Below, piece by piece: positions 12,667-24,529 of a stretch of 64,000 nt of DNA. The translations under genes were made by a program, and so were the position numbers. Location: positions 2,666,001 to 2,730,000 of the forward strand of contig MU058213.1 of the NCBI GenBank assembly GCA_013265495.1, written 5' to 3'. Within the stretch, counting starts at the first letter, position 1. The number at the start of each line of letters is the position of its first letter. Source of the DNA: Vicugna vicugna. Taxonomy: Eukaryota. The notes below the pieces were generated by a model. It ran no database searches. It was given only the letters and a program-made list of their open reading frames with translations, and was not told the DNA's origin.

Positions 12667-15600
12667 TCATTATTTTGTAGGCATTGCTCTATTTCCTTCT
12701 GAATTTATTTTAGGAGGGAAAATAGAAGCCAACTGAAATTCTTCCCCTTTTCTTCTTGAATATATTTCTTCCTCCTCCTGTTCCTCCTTTCTTCCTCCTC
12801 TTGTTTTTCTCCTTCTCACCTCGATCTACATGGGTACAGTTTGTGCTTTTTAATTTTTCTGAAACAAACTGAGTTCTTTAAAGGTTCAGGGCTCTGTTTT
12901 TAAGTTGAAGAAATGTGCTTTTATTATGCATTTTTCATTCTGGTCTCTTCAGAAGCAGCATTTCCTTGAGTTACTGTTACCTTTCTCTTGTGCTACAGAA
13001 TCTTTTTTCAGAAGCCCCTTAATTGAGTTTTACATGTTTACTCATCCTCAAATGAGAAGATCTATTCAGATAATACATTCGGGTAAACTCGATTACCCTT
13101 AGCCACTTCTCAAAAACCTTTGGTTACTGATAGATCCAACCATTTGAAGCCAGGGGTGCAAAACCTCTACCGTGACTTTAATTATGGAAACTAGCTCAGT
13201 TTCTACTACTGCATTTATTTACGTCAGTGACGACCAAGAAGAAAAGACGAGTCCTGCAGTTCTCACCCCTCAAAACGCATCATTCCCTCGTCTCTTCCTC
13301 CCAGTGACTAACCTGGTGCGGGCACACACTGCCCCGGGGTGGGGGTGGGGGGGTCTTTCTCATTCCCTTCTCCCCCGGGCACTAGTACTTGCTAGTACTG
13401 GTGCATGAACAGATTTTGAAAGAGAGAAACTAACAGGTCAGGTGAAACAGACAATGATTAGAAATAATTATTTGGCACTAATCAGAATTGAAAGTTTATT
13501 TGCTTGTCTGATGTTTTCCACGTTCAAGTTTCCAGTAGGAAAAAACAGCAGTAATTGTCCATATCCACATCCTTCCTACCTCCTGAACTCTATTACTCTT
13601 TGACAGTCTGTCCCATTCTGTGGATCCCAAAAGACCTTCTTAGAGGTGAGCTAGTTTGTCACTGGACAGAGAGCTTAACTGAAAATAACAAGACCCACCA
13701 CTGATATTGCTTAGCTGTGGGAACTTGTACAAGACACTTAGCCTCAACTTCCTTATCTCAAACAAAGATATTGAATCACATAGTTTCCAAGACCCACTCT
13801 AGTTCTAACATTCTTTAATTCTAAAGACTGTATTTTTAATACTAAAATATTTTAACTTAGGATAAGTAAACTTTCCAAAACAATTCTAAAAGGATACCTA
13901 ACTAGTTCAGTGATTTACTTCAAGGACTTGACACATTTCAGATCTTACTATTCTCAGATTAATTTTTCAGTACCCCGTTTCAGCATGCTATAGCTATGGA
14001 AACTTATAGATACAAAGTTAACAATATAAGATATTTCAATCAATGGTAAGTTAAGGATAAAATACAGAGAGCTATGAAAACATGAGACTCCCAGGACGCA
14101 AAATTAATTTAAATATACATTTGAATGACTACTGTGGGGTTTAATATAAAAAGTTGCAAGTGAAAGCTAAATATTACCACACAAAAAAAAACATAACCTT
14201 AAGATACATAAATGCTTTCTGCGTAGTACGTTCCTTATCTTTGATTCTACATAATCTTCTGCCTTTTAGTTCAGCAGGACTTTAAATGCCATAAAAAAAA
14301 ACAAGAACAACAAGATAGAGTTTGCTTTTTCCTCTTTGCAGAGAACATTATAGCATGTCAGAGATCTGAGGTCAAATCTGTTTTCTGTTTCCTGACTGAT
14401 AGGTAACTACCATCCAGGCCCCAATTTTACCATCTGTAAAATGTACACTATACCTTTATCTGATATCAGAGATAGATCGCAGACTTAAAGCATTCAGTAG
14501 TGGTCAGAAATTGTACCCATTATTATTATTACCATGAATTACTTCAAATATAAGTATTTGATAACAAGGAGATAGTGAGCAAAGAACAGAGAAAAAAAAC
14601 ATGAGAAAAGTACAAGAAGGGATAAGAGGAGGAAAAGGGTTTAAGTCAAGCCACTTCCTGGTTGATTCTACTCTGACCATCTCTGATGACGTCTAAGGAC
14701 TTAGAGGACTGAATGGAGGGAAGTTACTCCCACCTGCAGTCCCAGACCTGAAGGCGGGAGAAGCAGTAGGGAAGGTCATCTGATAGTGGCATTGCTAGAG
14801 TGGCCATCCCTCGTGAATCCTCCACACCTTTCCTTGGAGGGTCCCAGCAAAGTCCCATGAGGACAGATTCAAACCCCTCTGTCAGAGGTTTAACTGGTTG
14901 GGTTAACTTGGACTGACTTGAGCAGCTGTGATATTTTTCAACTAATATTTTAAAGGATGCTAACTGAAGACTTGGAGGTAATTACCAATTTAAAACATTA
15001 CTTGAATAATCATTTCCTAAATGTTTATAGGATTATTCATTCCTTCACAGAATGCACTAAAATCAGGTTGGGTGAGAAACTAACTCTATTAGGGTGCTTA
15101 TATATAATGCTATATCATAATCTGATAGTAATCAGGATCTTTTATCAAAATGCTTTTTTATCAAAAGCTGCTCTTGTAAAGAGAACTTCAAATAAAACAG
15201 TCAGTTCTTTCATCCTCCTGCCCTTTGCCAACACTGACTCACATAAACGTTACTCATTCCTGAAACAGCATGTGTTTCCGTGACCCAATAATGTTGGTGA
15301 CAAAGGACACATTCTAGGGGCCCAGATGTTGATTTGAGGCACAGTAGTCTCATTTCTGTGGATTTAGAATAGACAAGATTATATAACAGGCATAGCCTCT
15401 GATTAAATTTTCATTAAGTGCTCATAAAAATTGTTAAATAAATGAATAAAAAAGAGAAGATTATTTTCACATTGCATTCCACCAGAAATGGAAATCTCTT
15501 ATATGGTGCCTTTTTTTTTCCCCTCTTTTTGGAAAATAACTGCCTGATTGATACAGAATTTCTTCAACTTGAAGATGCTTTTGTTCACTTCCATTTTTGT

Positions 15601-15798
15601 CCTGGGATAGGCAATCGACAGATTCCACCATGCACAAATGTTAGACTGATCAGATTCAAGGCTATAGCAGCCCCACCAAATGGCAGGAAACATGTGTTGC
15701 ACAGTATAACACACACATAGCTCACATCTGACTGAACTAAGCAGCTTCTGTTGTTTCAGCATCTGCACGAGTATTAAATCAATCAACTCAAATATGTA

Positions 15799-16841
15799 CA
15801 GATAATCTTCACTTTGTATGGTAATGCAAGGCCATAAAAATGACTATGCAAACGGAAACTGTGGAAAGCAATCTTGCTAATTAGTGGGGAAAATGATGAT
15901 TCTACCACAACTTTTAAAAACATTTTGTCAAAAGAAAATATATTTTACTTCCAGCTATAAATGTATCAAGAAATGAAAAAGTAGTAAAACATTTATTCAA
16001 TACACTGTAATTAGAAACATTGAGAATTAAAGTGTTTCATTTCTTTTTTAAATCTTATCAAGAGTAGTTCTAAACAGGGCTTGCCCTTTTCTCCTCATCC
16101 TGTAACTATAAGGAGGGAGCATCTTTTCTATGCCTTGGTGAACTGTCATTCCAAAGTTTGGATCAGTCACCCGCTGTTGTCCTTCCTGCTTTCAATGTCA
16201 GAACGTATCTCAGAGTTCCTTTAATGTGAAGTCTTTCTCCAGCGTCACTTCTCCCGGGACATCTTCCATCTTCTTTCTGAGTTATGCACTAAGTTCACTT
16301 TCATTAAGTTCCTTGGCTGCTTTTCTAGAGTTTCTCCATTGGCAGGAATGTCAACACTCCCAAGGTCAGCAGTTTTCTTCTATTAACCCATGTACATTCT
16401 ATACAAATTTCACTCCATTGTTACCACTGTTTGTTTCTTTGCTGCACTTACATCTTTGCTGGCCAATTCACTCTTTTGATTGTCCATGTTTTTTAAATGT
16501 CACATGGGTTTATCACTGAGAAACAAGACAGCAACACAACAATACACTTTGCTGTGTGTGACCTGAACAGGTGCACAGTGAGTGACCAGTCACCAACAGA
16601 CTTTGAAAGAAGTGATATGATTGGTCACCAATGATAATATGTGTCTGTTACTTACATAGTGGTTTGTGGACTAAAAAGCTAGCAGCAAAGTTTGTACTTT
16701 ATGCAACGGTACACACTTACTACGCCATGATAACTGAAATGTGGATGTGTCACTGGGAAACGGGTGATATGGAACCAAAGTGTGGGAACTGAAATCCAAA
16801 CATATGAGAATGTGAAAATTGTGCAAAGTGAGGACTGCTTG
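15799..16841 (-). mobile_element. TcMar-Tigger-like internally deleted DNA transposon
   Basis: Imperfect 20-bp TIRs (cagataatcttcactttgta / tgcaaagtgaggactgcttg, 14/20 with all mismatches transitions) and TA on the left flank. A minus-strand ATG at 16487 gives MDNQKSELASKDVSAAKKQTVVTME*, resembling the pogo/Tigger transposase N-terminus (KRKVITLE type). Confidence 0.75.
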
Positions 16842-19369
16842 CATATTTAACAGATGAATAAATGTAAGTTGGTCACTTAGTATGTAGTAAAGGAATATTA
16901 TGTTTATTGTATGAATTAGAGATAAGTATGGATTATAAATATTAATAGAGGTTTCCTGCCATAATGAAATGTAATTAGGAAGAAAACAAACCTGCACAAT
17001 TAATTACAACACTAGGCATAGCATGGGAGCTAGGGAGTGGTATAAACACCCAGCCATGAAGGTGCCAACCTGGAGTTCTAAAGTGACAGTTATGAATCCC
17101 ATGACTGTATTAAGCAATAATTGCAGGAACAATAAAACCTTTTAAACTAGTTGTTTCCACTCAGAATTGTCAGAAAACTGTCACATTCCTAGTTCCCCTT
17201 GTTCAGGGTTGTACCACATTGGCAGCCAGTTCTCAAGACTGTGTTTGACTTGACTGAGCAGCAAATTTCAGATTCTGTGTTAGAAAAGGAAATACGTATT
17301 TTCTAGTAAATATTTCCACCCAAGAGGTTCCACAGAATTGTTCAGGGACTGCTGAGTACATTATGTATGATTTTTAACATTTTTCCCCACCAGTGCAACC
17401 CTCCGTATCTTTTGAGAAAACACATACAGAGTTAGGATGTACAAAGGGAAGACCTCAGAGAAGCAATCTGGGCAATGGGAAAACAGACCTATGCATTTAG
17501 AGCACATTTTAAAGGGTGTCAGGCACGTTTCTTTAGCTGTTAGTTGTTTTCAAACAGCATATTTTCCCTCTGCAACTAAGAGCACCAAACAGGAACTCAC
17601 ATAGTTTCCTAATTCAAACTTTACATATTCCACCATAAAAATCAAATTCCATAACAACACAATGAAAGCCTGTAAATTACCTTGGTGATTAGAAACTCAT
17701 ATGAAGAAACGGCACCTCCTGGTGAGTGTTTTGACAAAGACTTTTCTCAAATGTGTTTAATCAATAACTTTCCTGGCCATTTCTTGTTTACTCTGGGCAG
17801 AAATCAGCCATTGCTACATTGCTGCTTATAGTAATACGTACAAGACCACCCATAATAGTCTTAACTACAAACCCACATAACGGGCAGGCTCTGACCCTTC
17901 ACGTAACAGCAGAGGTGAACAGACAACATGCATGCGTGTTCGGTGGTGCTGAGAGGACTTTGCTCATGAACTGATTCCAACAATAGTTAAAGAAACAAAC
18001 AGAATCCTTTATTCATCAGGAAAACCTATTTTACCAAATTCTTGGTTGATCAAAGGTTTTATATCATAGTGGGGAAGAATATTTCCTGATAGACAGATGA
18101 GGGCTCTTAAAAACCTGCCCTCTCTTTTGTACTCGATCCTGAAAGTCTTAGTGAAGAAAGTAAGAATTCTCAAATTGCTGGGTAAAACTCCAGTCACTCT
18201 GGAGTTGTCCTCTTGCTGTCTTGGATTCAGACAACCATAGCATCAATGGACTTTTTCCCCATAATTTTTATATGTGAGCATTATGTATGAAGCTTCAAGA
18301 GATTTAATAACTTTGAAACACTCTTACCAAGAATTGAGTTATCATAATAAACTTGGATCCATTTACTAAAACAGCTGTTATATGCAACGCACATAATATT
18401 CCACGTATTTTTCTAAATTATCCTTTCTTAGCCTCAGCATCATGTTGCCAGGTAGGTGGTTTTAGCCCTACTTTACAAATAAAGAAATGCAAGTTCATGG
18501 AGTTTTAAACCATTAATGAGTGACAGACCAGGCTCCTGATCAGGGAAGTCTGATTTCATTGCCCAGGGTTTTTAATACTATGTTACAGTATTTGAGGAAA
18601 TCAAGAATTTAATTACAGATTGTTTATAGAATACCTAAAAATGAAAGTATTTTATAGTAGAGGTGTTTGGACAGAACTTCATAGGATAATGGGGGAAGGA
18701 TGTTCCAAACATGTGGTTTGACTGGATGAAAACATGAAGAAAGTTTTAAAGAAGTAAGTAAGCCAGAGACAAGAGCATGGCCCAGCAGTGTGGATGAAAT
18801 AAAGGTAACCAGAAGCATCCTAGCCAAGAGCTGGGTTTTATAGAGTTTGATTCATGGTACAATGAGATGCAAGTGTGAGGTTTTCCAAGAGAATAGGGGG
18901 ATGAAAATGGTCTCTCTTTTACACAGATGAGACAAATTATTTCAAAAACTGTATCTGACTATGCCACTCATGGCCACAAACTTAAAAGATGTTTCAGTAG
19001 CTCCAAAATAACGTTTAAAGACTTTCAAATGGCAAAGTACTAACATTTTCTCTAACGTTTCCTCTTGTTACTACACCCATGATCCATCCACACTGAGCTA
19101 CTTGCAATTTCCAGGACACACCGTTCCCTTTTTATGCATCCACATGTGGTCACATGCTACTCCCTAGTCCTTTTGTCTAAAACATGAATTTCAACTCAAC
19201 CTTCAAGAGCCTCCTTAAGCATTTTCTCCCCTGTGAAATCCCCAGTGATAGCAGATGTTAAGTAGTGAGTGTACATATTTTAAGTCCTGTCCCCCACAAA
19301 GATTATCTCAATCTTCCTCAAAACCTAAGAGAACTGGGAAAATACTAGAAGCAGTTCCATTAAAGTTAC

Positions 19370-19855
19370 GAGCCAATCAGAGATGTGAACTCTCTTAGCC
19401 AAAGTCCCACAGGAATCAGGTGGCACACCCAGATTAAGATTATTTAAGAAGAACTGAGTAAAGAAACTATGTACAAAGGTATAGGCATGATATAAAGAAA
19501 CCAGGCAGAACAGTAAACTAGCTGCCCTGCAATAAAAATGATGAGAGGAAGAAGCCACTAGAACCAGGAGAGAGACTCTGACCTACCAAAGGCTGCTTGA
19601 GGGCCATTTTGATTCTGGGTTAGGAGTCAGCCAGCAAAAGGTGACCCAACAGGAAGGAGACAAGGAAATAAACACCTGACCTGACTCTCCTCCCTCCTTC
19701 CAATATCTTGCCAGGACTTCTCATTGGCCAAACCCAACTAGATACTGGAGTATAGAGGAGACCACTGAATTGTCCGTCTAAGGGCAAAAGGCAGAGTGGA
19801 GAAGGGTAGAAATGAATTTGGAGAGCCAAATGGAGGGTAACAAACATATCCACTC
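19370..19855 (-). mobile_element. ERVL LTR, LTR33/LTR41-like
   Basis: Motif ctcattggccaaacccaactagatactggag...gccaaatggag is shared with the copies at 25345-25800 and 54960-55375. Confidence 0.65.
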
Positions 19856-19899
19856 TTAACAGCGTCATGTAATACAGTAATAGAAACATAAGTCAATAA

Positions 19900-20297
19900 A
19901 ATTAGCCAAGGCTAACAGCAAGAGGTATATAAACGGGAGAAGTTAAATGTTCCGTTTGTTGAAGATAATATGATTGAATACTTGCAAAACTCAAGAGGAT
20001 TAAATGAAAATCTTTCATTAAAAAAGGCAGTTGGCTGAATAAAAGAATACACAAAAATCGCTAGCCTCCTATTATACAATACAATGGGGAAAATGGCCCC
20101 ATTTAAAATAAGATGGGAAAAAGTAAAATAGGAAGAAACCGGATGAAATACAATACCTAAGAATGAGCTTTTAAAAATGCTCAATATTCACATAAAGAAC
20201 AATGTCAAACATAACTGAAGTACACAAAGGAGCCTGGCACAACGGGAAGATCTGTTCTGTTCTTGAACAGGAGGACTCATATCATAAGGCTGTCACC
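19900..20297 (+). mobile_element. Old L1M ORF2 fragment (RT region)
   Basis: tttgttgaagataatatgattgaatacttgcaaaactcaa corresponds to a decayed LFADDMIVYLENP; ends at gactcatatcataaggctgtca. Confidence 0.7.
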
Positions 20298-21931
20298 AAG
20301 TTAGGCATGATATCCAGCTACTTTATCTTCCCAGTAAATGTTACCAGCTTCTCATCTGAGCCCCACTTTATGCTGCGGGGACATCTCCCTTAACTGGTAT
20401 CACAGTCCAGGTCCACATCATGTTATTTACTTGCACTCTGAGAAATTATTCAGGTTTTTAAGATCTTGTTCTGCTCACATTAAAGTTTTAATCACTGATT
20501 GGATTCAAAACTCTATCCACAAGCAGGCAAAATGGTGACTCTAGCAATAAAAGGAGTAGAGGAGGAAGGCGTGGGCTTCTGGGATGTGAATCTTTCCTCT
20601 TTCTCCTGGTGGTAGTTTCCCTGATGTTGAGGAGGAAGGAAAGAGAGAAATGAGACAGATGACTATTTAAATTTCACTGGTGATCATTAGTGGTCATTAT
20701 CTACTTAGGGATCACTGCCCCTTTGGTTAGGTGGTTAGGGCTTTTCCAGCTCATTGTCTTTGGGGAAGTACAGGCTTGATAGAACTAGCTGATGTGAGAC
20801 ATTTCCAAATAGGCTCGCAGGGCACTGATGAATTCTTCCAAGACTCAAGACTTGGCCACTTCCTCCTGCTGCACCACCCTGGTACCAACAAACCACGTTC
20901 CTCTGTGGTGCCTCCCTCTTTGCCCCACCTGGCACAATCCCTGATCAAACCATAGCCCACGATCGCATTTTTCCTGTCTTGCTCCCAACTCCAGCACTTT
21001 AAGCCCATTCCATAGCCATCTCCCATACTTCTCAGCAGCCATGACTTCAAAGAAGTGGTCCTGGCACACTCTGTGGCTTGTTGGGGAACTTGGCCACGCT
21101 CAAGTCATACTGTCTGCTAGGGAGGCAACCAAGTGTAAAAGGAAACCCTCATCTTGCTGGTACTTTGGGAGAACTGCTCTTGGAATTTTCTTCCTTTCAA
21201 CTCAGGAAAAAGTAACATTTCCCCTCTTCTCTTCCTGTGGAGCAAAAAATAGTTCCTTGGCTAATGCCCAAAGTGATCACTTTCTACCTTTCAGTCCTTT
21301 TATTATCAAATGGCTGGGGTAGTGGGGGTTGGCGGGGAGAGGGGAGAGCGAGGAGAATGGGGGGGGAGAGGGGGTGGGGTAAGGAGGAAAGAGGGGTCTT
21401 TGTGGTGAACCAGCTCTTCTCAACCTTGAGAGTTTGTGGCTCAAATCCAGGGATTTTTTTGAAGTTAGAAATTGGAAGTCTCTTAATTTGTTTCAGGCAT
21501 ACAATGACCTTTTATTTTTAGCTTGGTCATTAGCCATTTATTTTACAAAAATTAAGATTTTTATTAAGCCATATATACTGTAAACTGTTAAAATCTCTAT
21601 AGGTTAAAATTAAAATTCCACCTACACTTGACAAATAATTATCACTTCTAGAAATTATGCTACAGTTAAACTTGTAAATATGAGAAAATTATTCATTATA
21701 GTTTGTTCATAATAGCAAGGGATTAGAAACAATCAAAATATGGTTCACTAAATTATGATGTATTCACATAATAAGGACTATCATTATTTTAAATGTTTTA
21801 AATATTTTAATGTTTTAATTATTTGTAAACAGATCAGTGATTTGTTTTTAAGCAAGTACTCAGTGAACATTAACTTTGTAGTTAATGCTGTGATACTCCA
21901 GACAGTGTTAAAAACTAGGGCATAGTTTAAT

Positions 21932-22379
21932 TTGCAGCAACTTGGATGTTCCTGGAGAATGTCATTCTCATTCTAAGTGAAGTAAGCCAGAAAGAGAAAT
22001 ACCATATTAGATTGCTCATATGTGGAATCTTAAAAAAAAAAAAAAAAGAACATAAATACAAAACAGAAACAGACTCACAGACATAGAATACAAACTTGTG
22101 GTTGCCAAGGGGGCGGGGGGTGGGAAAGGACAGACTGGGATTTCGAAATGCAGAATAGATAAACAAGATTATACTGTATAGCACAGGGAAATATATACAA
22201 GATCTTGTGGTAGCTCACAGTGAAAAAAAATGTGACAATGAATATATGTATGTTCATGTATAACTGAAAAATTGTGCTCTACACTGGAATTTGACACAAC
22301 ATTGTAAAATGACTATAACTCAATAAAAAAAGTTTTAAATAAAAAAAAAATTTTAATTTTAAAAATTAAAAAAAGAATG
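21932..22379 (+). mobile_element. 5'-truncated, relatively young L1 (end of ORF2 plus 3'UTR) with 14-bp TSD
   Basis: Begins ttgcagcaacttggatg...ctaagtgaagtaagccag, has AATAAA at 22322 and an A-rich tail. TSD gggcatagtttaat at 21918-21931 and 22380-22393. Confidence 0.92.
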
Positions 22380-22502
22380 GGGCATAGTTTAATATATACT
22401 GAAGTAGAATGACTGTCATATTTTTAGGTGAAAAGATAAAAAGGATAATTAGAGTATATGCATCCATTTGTGGAAAATGTGCTTATAGATATGTTAATAG
22501 CT

Positions 22503-22596
22503 ATATATGTGTATATGTATGTATATGGGTGTGTGTGTATATGTATATGTGTGTATGTGTGTGTGTGTGTATATATATATATATTTAAATATATAT
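22503..22596. repeat. Compound (TG)/(TA) microsatellite
   Basis: Seen directly in the sequence. Confidence 0.9.
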
Positions 22597-23327
22597 AAAA
22601 GAAGTTGGTGTTACTATTCTATTTTATAAGTGAGAAAACCGAGACTTGAGAATATGGCAAATTCTGATCCCAGAACCAGCTGTGGCATAACTGTGATTTG
22701 AATCCAAGTTTATTGACCCCAAATCATTGACACTTTCCAATATAACATGCTTAACCCTTGGCTAACCTTCATCAGGGTAGAGCTGACTACTCCTTTTTAT
22801 ACCATCAGCAGACCTTGTAAATATATCTATTTTAGAATTTATCACACTCTGTTGTAGCAATATGTTTCTGTGTTGCTCTCTCCTAGCCTAGAGCAGCCTC
22901 AAGGGGGCAGTGCTCTGTAGTGCCATTTGTGTCCCCAGCGCCCCGGTGGGGCACACTGAAGACAAGCACCGCACAAAGGAAGGAAAAGCAGGGACGCGTC
23001 TTTGTACATCAGCAATGAAAAGAGCTCTGTTAAGTGCCTAGTAAGGCATTTGCAAGTTCCTTTAACAATAGTAATACTAACAGGGTGTCTTATGGTATCC
23101 GAGGACCTTATGAAATTTTAGCTAAATGCGCTAAATATGTTTATATCCAAGCCTCAAAACTTCATGGCAAATTTAATTTAGTGAACATTTATCGGCTTTC
23201 TGTGCTATTAATGAAAAGAACCACTCACTTCCATGAGCACACTTTCAAGTCCCTCATGCACAGAGTATAGATGCCCATCACTAAGTGGTCTGAAAGCTCA
23301 GGCCGGTAAACTTCTGCTGATTTGCAG

Positions 23328-23420
23328 GTCGCTCCTCCAAAGAGTCAGTGGGTCAGATATCTGTTCACGTGGACATCACCACCGCCCCAGGAACCGGAGA
23401 GCATAAAGTCACCGTAAAAG
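23328..23420 (+). CDS. UNC13C: UNC13C (Munc13-3) third-from-last coding exon, start of C2C domain: (x)[30 protein letters not shown](V)
   Basis: Acceptor tttgcag| ends at 23327 and donor |gtattt starts at 23421. 93 nt, phase 1 to phase 1. Translation matches the recalled Munc13 motif PGTG(D/E)HKVTVKV. Too short to appear in the ORF track. Confidence 0.95.
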
Positions 23421-24194
23421 GTATTTTTCGGGTCCAAGTAGATCAAACAGCCTATGAAACGTTAACCTCTGGAATAATAATTATACCAAAAATGTAGTTT
23501 TCTCTTGGATCTCTGTTTTTTAAAATGTGTATTAAATGATTCTACAGCATGCTGAGAAGTTCTTCATGAAACCTGAATTTCTGATTTAAAACAAACAAAA
23601 AAAATCAATGGCACAGACACTTAGCCGATATTACTTGCTTGTCTAAGAGGTTAAATACATTGGTGATTACATTTCAAAACTGTGTACGCTGAACTTTCTC
23701 TCTATGGTTGACACTATGATGGACTGTGAACGTTAGTGCCACAACTTGCCAATGAAATTTTAGATGTTAGTATGTTCTTACTATCCACATAATCTACCTA
23801 CTTCTTTTTCTACGTGATTTCTACTGGTTTGATTTTTTAATAAGTAGTTGAATCTATTGGTTTTATATTGTAAAAATGTGATCTGAACACAGGAGTCATT
23901 TCAAAGATGCAATTTAATGATTAATACTCTGCTCAACAGAACTGTGTTGTATTTTTATATTATTATAGACTTAGTCACTTTAAATAATATCCATGTTAAT
24001 CAAAACCATGGCCTTCTAATATATTTTAAAACTGCATTACCTAATGTAGCTTTGTATTATCAAATGCAAGTTATTGCTTCATATATCATTTTTAAAAATA
24101 AAAATTCACTTTAAGTATCAAAGGGAGAGTCTAGGATTCCACACGTTTGTTTGCTAACCCTTGGTATTACTTTCCTTTTCCTTTTGGTTTTTAG

Positions 24195-24354
24195 TGATTG
24201 CTATTAATGACTTAAACTGGCAGACCACTGCCATGTTTCGCCCCTTTGTGGAAGTCTTTATGCTGGGACCCAACCTTGGAGACAAGAAGAGAAAACAAGG
24301 CACAAAGACAAAAAGCAACACATGGTCACCAAAGTACAACGAAACATTCCAGTT
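24195..24354 (+). CDS. UNC13C: UNC13C penultimate coding exon, C2C domain: (V)[52 protein letters not shown](F)
   Basis: Branch-point-like CTAAC at 24154-24158, pyrimidine tract, ttttag| acceptor, |gtaagt donor at 24355. 160 nt, phase 1 to phase 2, in frame with both neighbours. Contained in ORF 24161..24358. Confidence 0.96.
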
Positions 24355-24529
24355 GTAAGTTATGACCCAACTCCTTTATTCAACCAGGCAACAGGCATCG
24401 CAGAGCTATGCTTATGAGGGATTCACGGGGTAGGGATGGCACTGGGCTTTGTAAGGAAATTAAAACCAATGGGTTTAAGTCCTCCTGTTCCCCACTGATC
24501 CCAGGCAAATGAAGAAGGCTACGTTTTTA

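Noticed and set aside
15673..15686. CTCF-like CCACCAAATGGCAG
   Set aside because: Mismatch at a highly conserved G of the core; too weak to call alone.
1..23327. Additional upstream UNC13C (MUN-domain) exons
   Set aside because: I found no frame resembling the expected preceding sequence (YFHAGG...LSLYTQ type), so the region is treated as intron. A small exon could have been missed by eye.
24161..24194. Hydrophobic N-terminus of ORF 24161..24358 as a signal peptide
   Set aside because: It is the translated polypyrimidine tract of the splice acceptor.
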